Assembly: GCA_000934665.2 (NCBI GenBank)
Contig: KZ539116.1
Coordinates: 1 to 64,000 of the forward strand
DNA length: 64,000 nt
DNA from: Catajapyx aquilonaris
Lineage: Eukaryota
Direction of reading: 5' to 3'
In this document: positions 63,933-64,000 of the stretch, in pieces
Layout of the letters: every line of letters starts with the position of its first letter
How positions within the stretch are numbered: position 1 is the stretch's first letter
Notes under the pieces: generated by a model
What the model saw: only the letters and a program-made list of their open reading frames with translations
What the model was told of the DNA's origin: nothing
Database searches by the model: none
Translations under genes and position numbers: made by a program

Positions 63933-63963
63933 NNNNNNNNNNNNNNNNNNNNNNNNNNNNNNN
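63933..63963. other. Assembly gap within C-runs
   Basis: Run of N. Confidence 0.99.
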
Positions 63964-64000
63964 NCCCCCCCCCTCCCCCACCTCATTTTGACCCCACGCG

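Overview
Eukaryotic animal genomic DNA, AT-rich with spliceosomal introns and two N-gaps. It is probably from an arthropod or other protostome; that is an inference from protein and SINE style, and the species cannot be determined. Two multi-exon genes can be reconstructed by hand, both on the minus strand. (1) A Dbx homeobox gene: CDS about 26863->12853, 5 coding exons plus a candidate 45-nt cassette exon, about 560 aa. It has two eh1-like motifs, poly-His tracts, a CxxCxxCxxC motif and a Dbx-type homeodomain split by an 8.4-kb intron. (2) An SLC22/Orct-like MFS organic-ion transporter: CDS about 55637->44046, 10 coding exons, about 570-590 aa. The rest is densely populated by short non-autonomous transposons: hAT MITEs with 8-bp TSDs, Tc1/mariner/pogo MITEs, TTAA-flanked piggyBac- and Kolobok-like MITEs, two Helitron-like elements, foldback palindromes and one decayed mariner-type transposase. 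There are also tRNA-derived SINEs, microsatellites and several TE-free GC-rich non-coding blocks that may be Dbx enhancers. I found no convincing wholly new biological system. The best leads are the Cys/His-rich Dbx N-terminal region, candidate alternative splicing in both genes, the atypical SLC22 residues and the many intronic hairpins. All exon models are manual and lack transcript support.
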